Positions 29,002 to 38,477 of a stretch of 64,000 nt of DNA are shown here, in pieces. Below the pieces are notes generated by a model. That model was not told the origin of the DNA. It was given only the letters and a program-made list of their open reading frames with translations, and did no database searches. This stretch comes from Candidatus Planktophila sp. (lineage in GTDB: Bacteria; Actinomycetota; Actinomycetes; Nanopelagicales; Nanopelagicaceae): assembly GCA_030649935.1 (NCBI GenBank), contig JAUSFN010000031.1, positions 6,623-70,622 on the forward strand. The letters are read 5' to 3'. The number at the start of each line of letters is the position of its first letter. The stretch's first letter is position 1. The position numbers were made by a program, and so were the translations under genes.

Positions 29002-29942
29002 GAACTTACGTCGTTGAGCGCACTTCTCACGATATCTGGAAGTGATATCTCTTCACTCTTGAGAAGTCCACGAAGTTGTGCCCCTGTTCTTGCTCCGATT
29101 ATTGAGCTAGTCACTCCATAAGCATCGCGTGCCCAAACCAGACTCACCTCTAACGGCGAGAATCCTAAACCTTGGGCAGCAACTGCTACCGCTTCAACGA
29201 TTCTTGCGCTTCTGGAATCTAGGTAGGGCTCAATGTGTTTAGCAAAGTGAGGTGCAGCACCTCGTGAATCACTGGGAATACCGTTACGGTATTTTCCAGT
29301 TAGAACTCCCCGAGCAAGTGGCGCCCACGCTAAAAATCCAGTTCCGCAATCGGCAGCGCACTCAAGAAGTTCTATCTCAACATCCCTGTTAAGCAAGGAG
29401 TACTCACACTGAATAGTCGTGATCGGAGCCTTCATCGAATTCGACGCTTGTTTGGTAGCTGCACGAGCTAACTGCCAGCCCGAGTAGTTGCTTACACCAA
29501 CGTATCGCGCTCGACCAGTTGTATAGGCAAAATCGAGAGCTGACAGAGTTTCATCTAGGGGTGTTAGTGAATCCCAAGCATGTATCTGCCACAAATCAAC
29601 GAAATCAGTTCCAAGCCGAACAAGTGATTTATCCAGTTCGGCAATTAAATTCGCTCTGGAAGCATCAACGTTTTTTATAGCATCTGGAAAACTCAATCCA
29701 GATTTTGTAGCAATAACAACCTCGTCACGATTAAAGAGCGTGCCTATCAAGCCACCAATAACTCTCTCGCTATCCCCATCACCATATGTATTGGCGGTGT
29801 CAATAAAATTACCTCCGGCGTCAATAAACGCTCTGCATTGATCGGCAGCTTCATGTTCATCGGTGTCTCGTCCCCACGTCATTGTGCCGAGTCCTAGACG
29901 AGAGAGTTGAAGTCCGCTGGTACCGGCTCGTCGCATTTCCAT
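28998..29942 (-). CDS. aldo/keto reductase
   Basis: Motifs seen are LGLGTMTWG, IDTANTYGDGDSE, VATK and HAWD. Confidence 0.88.
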   Translation of the reverse strand: MEMRRAGTSGLQLSRLGLGTMTWGRDTDEHEAADQCRAFIDAGGNFIDTANTYGDGDSERVIGGLIGTLFNRDEVVIATKSGLSFPDAIKNVDASRANLIAELDKSLVRLGTDFVDLWQIHAWDSLTPLDETLSALDFAYTTGRARYVGVSNYSGWQLARAATKQASNSMKAPITTIQCEYSLLNRDVEIELLECAADCGTGFLAWAPLARGVLTGKYRNGIPSDSRGAAPHFAKHIEPYLDSRSARIVEAVAVAAQGLGFSPLEVSLVWARDAYGVTSSIIGARTGAQLRGLLKSEEISLPDIVRSALNDVSS

Positions 29943-29993
29943 GGAGCGACCTTAGCAAGGCGGAGTTAAGAAACCTGCGATAGCCTTAGATTT

Positions 29994-30671
29994 ATGCAGG
30001 TAGTTTTGATTAGACATGCCCACTCTGAAGCCAACGCGAAGGCTTTGCTCTCAGGACGAACCGTAGGGGTTCATCTGTCTCCAAAAGGCGGTAATCAATC
30101 ACAGGATCTAATTTCAAGACTTGGTCGATTGAGAGTGGCCACACTTCGAATAAGTCCTCTCGAACGATGCTACGAAACTATAAATCCTTGGTGGGAGACA
30201 CTTGGAAAGGCTCACAATCCTACCGTTGAATTAATTCGAGATGAAAATCTCAATGAAGTTGACTATGGTGATTGGAGCGGAAAAAAACTATCTGTACTTT
30301 CAAAGAAGAAATTGTGGCATACGGTACAAAATTCGCCCAGCGCAATGTACTTTCCATCGGGCGAGGGCTTGGCGCAGATGCAGGAGAGAGCTATGCGGGC
30401 GGTACATGAAGTAACTTCCACTCGAAAGAAAGGCGCAGTTGTTTTTGTCACTCATGGCGATGTGATTAAATCTATTGTGGCTTCAGCGCTCGGCATGCAT
30501 CTCGATAGTTTTCAGCGTTTAGTGGTCGATCCAGCCTCAATAAGTGTCATAGAATTTTCAAGCGCGAAACCGCGCCTCTTGCTACTCAATGATTCGCGTG
30601 CAAATTTGGAGGAGTTTTTAAATGCCCCGTATAGAAAGAGAAATTTACTTGGCGGGGGAGCAGGAGCGTGA
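29994..30671 (+). CDS. histidine-phosphatase superfamily protein (MSMEG_4193-type putative phosphomutase)
   Basis: RHG-type motif LIRHAHSEAN and a second His motif VTHGDVIK. It is the first gene of a conserved trio upstream of mshC. Confidence 0.8.
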   Translation: MQVVLIRHAHSEANAKALLSGRTVGVHLSPKGGNQSQDLISRLGRLRVATLRISPLERCYETINPWWETLGKAHNPTVELIRDENLNEVDYGDWSGKKLSVLSKKKLWHTVQNSPSAMYFPSGEGLAQMQERAMRAVHEVTSTRKKGAVVFVTHGDVIKSIVASALGMHLDSFQRLVVDPASISVIEFSSAKPRLLLLNDSRANLEEFLNAPYRKRNLLGGGAGA

Positions 30672-31174
30672 GTTTCCTTTTTAATTCAGTGGAACGATTT
30701 GTAGCCGGCACTGTAGGCCAACCTGGTGATCGTGCATTCTTTTTACAAGCTCGAGATGGGAATCGGTTGGTAACTGTCGCTATAGAGAAACTTCAGGTGG
30801 CAGCCCTAACCGAGCGTCTTGAAATTATGATCAATAGTTTTCGCAAGAGCGATGTAAGTATTCAGCTATTAAGCAATGAGATTGATGATGGCCCTTTGGA
30901 GCTACCTATCGAATCTGAGTTTGAAGTTGGGTCAATATCGATCTCCTGGGATGATTCGAGGAGATTGATGAGTATCGAACTCTTGGAGATTGCTACCGAA
31001 GAAATTGAAACTCTCAACTCTTTAAGGGTTCAATTGAGTATCTCGATGTGTAACGCTTTTATTAAACGCTCTAAGGCGTTAATTGGTGCAGGTCGATTAC
31101 CATGTCCATTCTGTGGAATGCCGATAGATCCACAAGGTCACCTTTGCCCGAGGGCCAATGGTTACCGGCGATAA
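30668..31174 (+). CDS. DUF3090-family protein (function unknown)
   Basis: GTGA overlap with the previous gene. FVAGTVGQPGDRAFFLQA N-terminus and a C-terminal Cys/His knuckle CPFCGMPIDPQGHLCPRANG. Confidence 0.7.
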   Translation: MSFLFNSVERFVAGTVGQPGDRAFFLQARDGNRLVTVAIEKLQVAALTERLEIMINSFRKSDVSIQLLSNEIDDGPLELPIESEFEVGSISISWDDSRRLMSIELLEIATEEIETLNSLRVQLSISMCNAFIKRSKALIGAGRLPCPFCGMPIDPQGHLCPRANGYRR

Positions 31175-31862
31175 ATTTCTTCTGCTATCAAAGGGTGAGT
31201 TGGTTGTAACCGGACGATTGGTGGATGCATCCAATGCAACGTTATTTGCATCTCTGACATATGAAGATCGTTCTATGAACGCAATTTATAAGCCAATTGC
31301 GGGAGAGCGCCCTCTGTGGGATTTTCCAGATGGAGCTCTAGCCAATCGTGAATATGCGGCATTTTTAGTGAGTGAGTATTTAGGTTTAGAACTTGTTCCT
31401 CTAACAGTTCTTCGGGATGGTCCTTACGGTGATGGAATGGTTCAAGAGTGGATAGATATTGACGAGAGCATCGACTTGGGGAGTTTCTTCTCGACAGATA
31501 ACTCAGAGTTGAGAGCCATGGCTCTTTTCGATGCAATTATCAACAATACTGATCGCAAGATTGGACACCTTTTACCTACAGCTACAGGTAAATTATATGG
31601 CTGCGATCATGGAGTAACTTTTCACATGGAAGATAAATTACGTACCGTTTTGTGGCAGTGGGCTGGAGCTTCATTGACAGATACCGAGTTGCTTCTGCTC
31701 AAAAAACTGTCTATTGGTCTAGATTTAGATCTAGATTTATCACCTCACTTAACTTCTTTGGAGATTGCCGCTATAAAGAGGCGCGTTTCTCGATTAATAG
31801 CCCATGCAGCAATGCCTGAACCAAATCCAAATTGGCCGGCGGTTCCTTGGCCTGCATTTTAA
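31158..31862 (+). CDS. SCO1664-family protein (kinase-like fold, function unknown)
   Basis: GRLVDASNATLF, IYKPIAGERPLWDFP and INNTDRKIGHLL...DHGVTF (PI3/4-kinase-like catalytic loop pattern). It overlaps the DUF3090 gene by 17 nt. Confidence 0.7.
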   Translation: MVTGDKFLLLSKGELVVTGRLVDASNATLFASLTYEDRSMNAIYKPIAGERPLWDFPDGALANREYAAFLVSEYLGLELVPLTVLRDGPYGDGMVQEWIDIDESIDLGSFFSTDNSELRAMALFDAIINNTDRKIGHLLPTATGKLYGCDHGVTFHMEDKLRTVLWQWAGASLTDTELLLLKKLSIGLDLDLDLSPHLTSLEIAAIKRRVSRLIAHAAMPEPNPNWPAVPWPAF

Positions 31863-31886
31863 TTGTCCGATAAGTAGTATTGGCAG

Positions 31887-33128
31887 ATGAAGAGTTGGTC
31901 ACCAGTGGAAGTACCTCCGCTACATTCTAGATATCAATTAAGTCAATTATCTTTAACCAATTCGAAAACCGGTCTCATTCAAGTAATTCCCGCCAAGTCC
32001 GCGTATCGCATGTATGTATGTGGCATAACTCCATATGATGCAACACACCTCGGGCATGCAGCTACCTATTTAACTTTTGATTTAATTGGGCGCTACCTCC
32101 TGGCAACTGGTTCGGTAGTCACATATGTCCAAAATATTACAGATATAGATGATCCATTACTCGAGCGAGCCACCCGGGATGGGGTTGATTGGAAGGAGTT
32201 AGCACACTCTCAAATCGAATTATTTACCAGCGACATGGAGTGTTTAAGAGTTATACCACCAGATTCATACATCGGTGCAGTTGAAGCAATTCCTCTAATT
32301 ATCGATGCAATTCAAAGTTTACAAAAGCACGGCTCGATATATCCAATTAATCATGATTACTATTTTTCTAATTCACCTGAATCCACTTTCGGAGAGTTAT
32401 CGCATCTGAGCCAAAAGGAAATGGAGGAAACCTTTTCACAGCGCGGAGGAGATCCAGATTTACCCGGTAAACTTCACACACTTGATTGTTTAGTATGGAT
32501 GTCACAGCGTGAAGGTGAACCTGGATGGCCCTCAATTCTAGGTACAGGTCGACCTGGATGGCATATTGAGTGCACGGCTATTGCGCTTGAATATTTACAT
32601 CCAGACCCCATAGATAGTTTCTTAATTGATATTCAAGGCGGGGGAAATGACCTTATTTTTCCTCATCACGAAATGTGCAGATCTCAAGCAAAAGTTTTGA
32701 CAGGCAAAGAGTTGGCTGCCAATTATGTACATGCAGGAATGATTGGTCTCGACGGCGAAAAAATGAGTAAGAGCAAAGGGAATTTAGTTCTTGTATCCAA
32801 ACTTGTTTCCAAAGGTATAAATCCTATGGCAATTCGATATGCGTTGATGGGCCATCACTACAGAGATGATCAAATGTGGAGCGAAGAACTTCTCTCTAAA
32901 GCAAGTTCCTCTTTTGAAAAATTGAAACTGGCATGCTCTTTAACAGAAGTTCAAGAGACTTCAATTCTCATTAGGGCTATAACATCAGCATTAGCCAATG
33001 ACTTGGATACACCTACTGTGATTAAACTTTTAGATAATTGGGCGGAAGAGAGTTTACGGGGTGGGACGGGCGGAGATTCGGATGATCTTAAAACTTCCCT
33101 TGATGCCCTACTAGGCTTGAAATTTTAA
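31887..33128 (+). CDS. mshC: L-cysteine:1D-myo-inositol 2-amino-2-deoxy-alpha-D-glucopyranoside ligase (mycothiol ligase)
   Basis: CysRS-like protein lacking the anticodon domain. Motifs seen are CGITPYDATHLGHAATY, GWHIEC and KMSKSKGN. Confidence 0.88.
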   Translation: MKSWSPVEVPPLHSRYQLSQLSLTNSKTGLIQVIPAKSAYRMYVCGITPYDATHLGHAATYLTFDLIGRYLLATGSVVTYVQNITDIDDPLLERATRDGVDWKELAHSQIELFTSDMECLRVIPPDSYIGAVEAIPLIIDAIQSLQKHGSIYPINHDYYFSNSPESTFGELSHLSQKEMEETFSQRGGDPDLPGKLHTLDCLVWMSQREGEPGWPSILGTGRPGWHIECTAIALEYLHPDPIDSFLIDIQGGGNDLIFPHHEMCRSQAKVLTGKELAANYVHAGMIGLDGEKMSKSKGNLVLVSKLVSKGINPMAIRYALMGHHYRDDQMWSEELLSKASSSFEKLKLACSLTEVQETSILIRAITSALANDLDTPTVIKLLDNWAEESLRGGTGGDSDDLKTSLDALLGLKF

Positions 33129-34033
33129 TCCTTTCTTTTGCGGCGAAGGTAACGTTCGAACTCTTTTGCAATCATTTCGCCTGAAATTTCTGGAATATCC
33201 AATGCATCTTTTGACTCCTCAAGCGCTTTAACGTAATCGGCAACATCATTATCTTCTCGCGCTAGATTATCTATCTCATTTTCCCACGCATCCGATGCTA
33301 TTTCCAATTCATCCTGAGGAATGCTTATTGCTAGGAGATCTTCAAGCGCACGAATGAGAGATAGTGCAACTTTTGGCGAAGGAGCTCCAGAGGCATAGTG
33401 CGGAACGGGAGCCCACAAAGCTACCCCATCAATTCCACGTCGCAGACATTCACAGTGAATAACACCAAGGATTCCTGTAGGACCTTCGTAACTGGATATT
33501 TCAACATTAAATCGTTCCGCAGTAATTGAATTTGCCGCGGTAATGCCAACTGAAATCGGACGACTGTGTGGAATATCGGCCAATAGCGAACCAACTGTAA
33601 CAATCATCGAAACTTCCAAATCGTCTGCTAAGTTTAGAATTTCTTGTGTGAAAGATTTCCAATGCATTGACGGCTCTTCACCGACAACAACAACTAAATC
33701 TCTGTCGAAATGTGCAAGAGTAATTCCATAAACTTTTGTTGTCGGCCACGAAATGTTTCTAGTGCTAGTTTCATCGGTGTATACCCGAGGTCTATTAACT
33801 TGGAAATCATAAAAATCCTCAGGGTCTACATCGGCAATAAGCTCTGGAATAATTTCCGGTGATGAATCAGACCACACATTCATTAAATGATTGAGCGCTC
33901 CAGTTGCGCCTTCACCTGCATCACTCCAACCGGAAAAAGCGATTAGCATCACAGGGTTTCTTAGATTCGGAATTCTATGTATCTCCACATCAACAAACCT
34001 TACGGTACCCTCCTGCACGTGAGTAGTTACCAA
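33125..34033 (-). CDS. PAC2 (proteasome assembly chaperone 2)-family protein
   Basis: NPVMLIAFSGWSDAGEGATGALNHL N-terminal pattern, acidic C-terminal tail, and synteny near mshC. The start may lie downstream of 34033. Confidence 0.7.
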   Translation of the reverse strand: MVTTHVQEGTVRFVDVEIHRIPNLRNPVMLIAFSGWSDAGEGATGALNHLMNVWSDSSPEIIPELIADVDPEDFYDFQVNRPRVYTDETSTRNISWPTTKVYGITLAHFDRDLVVVVGEEPSMHWKSFTQEILNLADDLEVSMIVTVGSLLADIPHSRPISVGITAANSITAERFNVEISSYEGPTGILGVIHCECLRRGIDGVALWAPVPHYASGAPSPKVALSLIRALEDLLAISIPQDELEIASDAWENEIDNLAREDNDVADYVKALEESKDALDIPEISGEMIAKEFERYLRRKRKD

Positions 34034-34705
34034 CCCCCAGAGTTTTTTGAGGCCGTCTTTTTCGATATGGATGGCCTATTCGTTGACTCAGAGCCTGTAT
34101 GGCTTGAATCAGAGGCGGAAGTAACAGCTCCTTTTGGATATGCATGGAAGGATGAGGATCAAGTTGCCTGCTTGGGCGGCCCACTTTCTCGCGTTGGTGA
34201 GTATATGTTTGAAAAGTGCAACCACGTTGAATCGCCCGCCTTTTTTACTAATACCTTGATTGAAATTCAAACTGCTAAATTGCGAGGTAAAACTCCACTC
34301 ATGCCCGGTGCATCAGAATTACTCCATCAACTTCAATCACAGAATATAGCCACTGGATTAGTCTCAGCGAGCCCTCGAAACATAGTTAACGCAGTTCTCG
34401 ATAATCTCGGAGGAAATCCCTTTCCGTTTTCGATTAGCTCTGATGATGTCACTAATACCAAACCACACCCAGATGCTTATTATTTAGCAGCGAAAAAAGC
34501 GGGTGCAGAGATTTCAAGATGTCTTGTCTTTGAAGACTCCTTAACTGGAGTTAGCGCAGCCAAATCTAGTGGGGCATGGGTAATAGCCGTACCACACTTA
34601 GTATTTGTTCCCCAAGAGCCACGTGTTCGATGTATTAAATCTCTGACGCAAATCTCTCTCAATAAGCTCCAAGCGTTGTTTAAAGACTTCACTACGACTA
34701 TTTAA
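34019..34705 (+). CDS. HAD-superfamily hydrolase (subfamily IA)
   Basis: FFDMDGLFVDSE (DxD), SASPR, KPHPD and EDSLTG motifs. GTG 34019 was chosen because the ORF-track start 33977 overlaps PAC2 by 57 nt. Confidence 0.8.
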   Translation: MSSYQPPEFFEAVFFDMDGLFVDSEPVWLESEAEVTAPFGYAWKDEDQVACLGGPLSRVGEYMFEKCNHVESPAFFTNTLIEIQTAKLRGKTPLMPGASELLHQLQSQNIATGLVSASPRNIVNAVLDNLGGNPFPFSISSDDVTNTKPHPDAYYLAAKKAGAEISRCLVFEDSLTGVSAAKSSGAWVIAVPHLVFVPQEPRVRCIKSLTQISLNKLQALFKDFTTTI

Positions 34706-35475
34706 CTTAAGTGAGCTGGACAAATTGATTTAAAGAAACACCAATCACACAATCTACTGGGCTTGGGTGGCCAGTAATTTTTTTCAATGGATGTAAATAT
34801 GTCCAAAGCCATGAGGTGCAATGTTTTTTCTGTGGATACAAGTTCGGCAATAGTAGGGTTACTTTTAATTATTTTGCCATCGCCAAGATAAATTAGTTGC
34901 AATAGGCGGGGAAGCACTCCGCTATTTTTCCAATAGAGAAGAGCGTAGATACGGAGTTGGAATAAAGCTTTTTCTTCCCATCCAGGTCTAGGTGCTTTGC
35001 CGGTTTTATAGTCGACAATTCGCACTTCCCCTGTAGGGGCAATATCGAGGCGATCAACGTAGCCGTGAAGATAAACATTCTCCTCAAAATCATTTTCCAA
35101 ATGCATTTCTCGATGTGTTGCTTCAAAAGTATCTGGGTGTTCTAACGTAAAGTAAGTACGGATAAGCGATGCGGCGCGATCGAGCCATTCTTTTTCATTA
35201 CTAATCAACTCTGCAAGCTCTGGTTTTGCACTGACTTGAGCTGCCCACCTAGATGGAAGTAAATCCACGGCCGTGGTTGGTGTTCTATCTTTTGCGAGGC
35301 TTTCAAAGAGATCATGCAAAACTGTATGCACCAAAGTTCCGCGTTCGGCATCTAGGCTCGGTGGTTGTGGAAGGTGATCAATTGAGCGATATTTATAGAG
35401 TTGAGGGCAGTTGTTATATTCATTCACCGCACTAGGCGAGAGTCGCAGTCGGGGATCAGTGTTCACGAGATGCAA
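34702..35475 (-). CDS. PD-(D/E)XK RecB/Cas4-like exonuclease with a 4-Cys cluster
   Basis: N-terminal Cys (NNCPQLYKY), GYVDRLD...IVDYKTGK nuclease core and C-terminal CDWCFFKSICP. Confidence 0.8.
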   Translation of the reverse strand: MHLVNTDPRLRLSPSAVNEYNNCPQLYKYRSIDHLPQPPSLDAERGTLVHTVLHDLFESLAKDRTPTTAVDLLPSRWAAQVSAKPELAELISNEKEWLDRAASLIRTYFTLEHPDTFEATHREMHLENDFEENVYLHGYVDRLDIAPTGEVRIVDYKTGKAPRPGWEEKALFQLRIYALLYWKNSGVLPRLLQLIYLGDGKIIKSNPTIAELVSTEKTLHLMALDIFTSIEKNYWPPKPSRLCDWCFFKSICPAHLS

Positions 35476-35517
35476 GATACTCGTACTTACCTTAAATTTT
35501 TCGCCTAAGATGCTCCC

Positions 35518-36369
35518 GTGTCTAATTTAGGTTATTTCGGGGAGGGCGATCGAATTCAACTGACCGACCCGAAAGGCAAGTTGTACAGTTTTACAATCGT
35601 TGCTGGAAAAGAGTGGCATACCCATAAGGGCTGGATAACTCACGATGATTTAATTGGCATGCCAGAAGGTTCAGTTGTCAGCACAACGGCAGGGTTAAAG
35701 TTCACGGCATTTAAACCCCTCTTAGCTGATTACGTTTTAACAATGCCACGAGGTGCCACAATCGTTTATCCAAAAGATGCCGCAATGATTATTGGTCTGG
35801 CCGATGTTTATCCAGGTGCACGTGTCCTGGAGGCTGGGGTAGGTAGTGGAGCGCTAACGATTTCGCTTTTGCGTGCAGTTGGTAACAACGGTTCGGTTCA
35901 TTCAGTTGAGCGTCGCACAGATTTCGCCGAAATCGCTCGATCAAATATTGAAAATTATTTTTTAGGTATTCCAGAGAATTGGAGACTTACAGTAGGTGAT
36001 CTTCAAGATCAGGCCGTTGCCGAAAGCTATGATCGAGTTATCGTGGACATGCTCGCACCGTGGGAGTGTGTCGATCTAGCTGCTCGGGCACTTCGTCCAG
36101 GCGGTGTTTTCATGGCATATGTAGCTACAACAACGCAGTTATCTGTTACTGCTGAAGCGATGAAGGCCGATGGTCGCTTTACTGAGCCCGAGAGTTCAGA
36201 GACTATTGTCCGAGGATGGCATCATGAAGGTTTAGCAGTTCGACCACAGCAGCGGATGATCGGACATACAGGATTTCTCATTCAATCCCGGAAAATGGCA
36301 CCCGGCGTGGAAGTTCTAGCTCGCAGACGTCGACCTGGGAAAGGAGCGTACGGTGTCTCGGAAGATTGA
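35518..36369 (+). CDS. trmI: tRNA (adenine58-N1)-methyltransferase
   Basis: GCD14/TrmI architecture, SAM motif VLEAGVGSGALT, and DMLAPWE. GTG start. Confidence 0.88.
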   Translation: MSNLGYFGEGDRIQLTDPKGKLYSFTIVAGKEWHTHKGWITHDDLIGMPEGSVVSTTAGLKFTAFKPLLADYVLTMPRGATIVYPKDAAMIIGLADVYPGARVLEAGVGSGALTISLLRAVGNNGSVHSVERRTDFAEIARSNIENYFLGIPENWRLTVGDLQDQAVAESYDRVIVDMLAPWECVDLAARALRPGGVFMAYVATTTQLSVTAEAMKADGRFTEPESSETIVRGWHHEGLAVRPQQRMIGHTGFLIQSRKMAPGVEVLARRRRPGKGAYGVSED

Positions 36370-37294
36370 ACGTCTTATTAATCTTACGATAGCTCTGCTT
36401 GCGACGAAGAGATATTTAACAAAGAGTGAGATATTTAGATCTGTCGATGGATATGCAGGCAGTGCAGAGACAATGGAACGGATGTTTGAACGAGATAAAG
36501 ATGATTTACGAAATCTCGGTGTCATCATTGAAGTAGGTAGCTTCGATCCAGTCTTTCAAGATGAAGCTGGCTACCGAATCAAGCCTGAAGGTTACTCTCT
36601 AAATCTAGGTGAAATTTCAGGCGTAGAAATTGCTCTTTTGTCACTTGCCGCTGAGGCATGGCGAGGTGCTGCACTAGATGATGCGGCACATAGTGCGTTA
36701 ACTAAACTTCATTCAATGGGTGTTGAATCGGATCTAGATGCACTTCCAGCTATTTCACCACGGTTGAATCCGACACATAGTGATTTTCAGGTGATTGCGC
36801 TTGCGATCTCTAAACGGGAGGTTATTTCATTCTCCTATCTCTCCGCTGAAATGGTTGCACAGATTCGCACTGTTGAGCCTTACGCCATTGCTACCAGAAA
36901 TTCTCACTGGTATCTGGCTGGAAGAGATATAGAAAAGAATGAACTACGAACATTTAGGTTGGACCGCATCGATGGCGAGATTTCAATTTCCCAAATTGGT
37001 CAAGGTTTTGATATTCCGGCGGGCTTTGATGTATTTGCTTCATTAGAAAGTGATGAACTAGTAAACATCGCTACTGTCGATATACGTAAAGGTAAAGCGC
37101 ATCTTCTTAGAGTAGTTGCCGATTCTTGCGTTGATAAAGGCGAGTGGGAACAAATTACAGTTAGATACTTTGACCATCAACACTTTGTCGATCAAATTCT
37201 TTGGCATGGAGCCGATGTTTTAGTGATTCATCCATCCGCACTGAGAAATCAAGTTATCTCCGCACTCGAAGATATTGTTCACTTTCATGCATAA
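36353..37294 (+). CDS. pafB: HTH + WYL domain transcriptional regulator PafB
   Basis: RLINLTIALLATKRYLTKSEI (wHTH) and a WYL region VEPYAIATRNSHWYLAGRD. One of paired paralogues immediately upstream of tatA-tatC. GTG start after GGAAAGGAG. Confidence 0.82.
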   Translation: MSRKIERLINLTIALLATKRYLTKSEIFRSVDGYAGSAETMERMFERDKDDLRNLGVIIEVGSFDPVFQDEAGYRIKPEGYSLNLGEISGVEIALLSLAAEAWRGAALDDAAHSALTKLHSMGVESDLDALPAISPRLNPTHSDFQVIALAISKREVISFSYLSAEMVAQIRTVEPYAIATRNSHWYLAGRDIEKNELRTFRLDRIDGEISISQIGQGFDIPAGFDVFASLESDELVNIATVDIRKGKAHLLRVVADSCVDKGEWEQITVRYFDHQHFVDQILWHGADVLVIHPSALRNQVISALEDIVHFHA

Positions 37295-38207
37295 TTCAAA
37301 CCAAACCCCATTGAGTCGAACGGCTAGACTTCTAGATTTAGTGCCCTATGTAGCCTCGCACCAAGGGATTGAAATCGCAGCTTTGGCTCAAAATTTCAAC
37401 GTCACTCAACCTCAGATAATCTCCGATTTAACAACTTTGTGGATGTGCGGATTGCCGGGATATACCCATCTTGAACTGATGGACCTATCTTTTGATTCAG
37501 GTTTCGTAACTATTCATAATGCTCAAACCCTTTCTAACCCGCGATCGCTCAATAGTGAGGAGACGATCGCGCTACTTCTAGGCTTGGATTTAGTAATTGA
37601 ATCGCTACCTACTGAGCGAAGTGATTTGAGAGATCGAGCTAGAGCATTAGTAGAAAAACTTTCCGCGAGGATTTCAATCAATGCCAAACTAACAGCAATT
37701 CCATCGGCCGCAGGTTCGGTACGTGCATTAATTGAGGATGCGCTCACTAAGGACAGCTGGGTGGAGATTACATATCACTCTTCATACTCCGATACCGTTT
37801 CCACTCGCTTAATACATCCCCTTGAACTACAACTTGAAGGGGGTTATGAGTATTTGTGGGCAATTTGTCACAGTGCTCGTGGACTCCGAGTTTTCAAAAT
37901 GGACCGCATACAAAAATTAGTACCGAGTCCGCCACCAGAAGCACCGTTATATGCAGTCGACAATCAAGCTGAAAAAACAGTTTATGTCATACGCGTTCAT
38001 ACTCGCCCAAGAGCTGCAATGGAACGATTCTCTTTGGATCGTGATTCTTTATCGAGGGACAATGAGATTTTATCCTTTTCTAGCGAGTGGGTAATGCGCT
38101 CGATCATGGCTTCATCTGGAAGCGTTGAGGTGTTGGAACCCTCTGGGCTTCGAATAGAGATTGTTAAGAGCGCTCAAGGGATACTAGATCGTTACAATGG
38201 CCACTAG
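37287..38207 (+). CDS. pafC: HTH + WYL domain transcriptional regulator PafC
   Basis: RTARLLDLVPYVASHQGIEI (wHTH) and WYL-like IHPLELQLEGGYEYLWAICH. ATG 37287 overlaps the pafB stop by 8 nt; TTG 37275 is also possible. Confidence 0.8.
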   Translation: MHNSNQTPLSRTARLLDLVPYVASHQGIEIAALAQNFNVTQPQIISDLTTLWMCGLPGYTHLELMDLSFDSGFVTIHNAQTLSNPRSLNSEETIALLLGLDLVIESLPTERSDLRDRARALVEKLSARISINAKLTAIPSAAGSVRALIEDALTKDSWVEITYHSSYSDTVSTRLIHPLELQLEGGYEYLWAICHSARGLRVFKMDRIQKLVPSPPPEAPLYAVDNQAEKTVYVIRVHTRPRAAMERFSLDRDSLSRDNEILSFSSEWVMRSIMASSGSVEVLEPSGLRIEIVKSAQGILDRYNGH

Positions 38208-38290
38208 TTTCACCTTTCCAGGGTGCCTTGCTCTAGGGTAACCTAGCGCCATCAGCTTTCGAAAAAAACATAAGCCAAGGAGTTAGTACT

Positions 38291-38473
38291 ATGAATCTAG
38301 GCCCAAGAGAAGTCGTTATTCTTTTGATTGTTGTCCTCGTCCTATTTGGTGCTAAACGCCTACCCGACTCGGCTCGTTCACTTGGCCGCTCAATGAGAAT
38401 CTTTAAGAGCGAAATGAAGGAAATGAAGAGCGACGACACAGTTATTGAAGAAGACGGCAAAACCGAGAAATAA
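38291..38473 (+). CDS. tatA: twin-arginine translocase subunit TatA
   Basis: A 60 aa protein with [29 protein letters not shown]. Confidence 0.93.
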   Translation: MNLGPREVVILLIVVLVLFGAKRLPDSARSLGRSMRIFKSEMKEMKSDDTVIEEDGKTEK

Positions 38474-38477
38474 ATTG

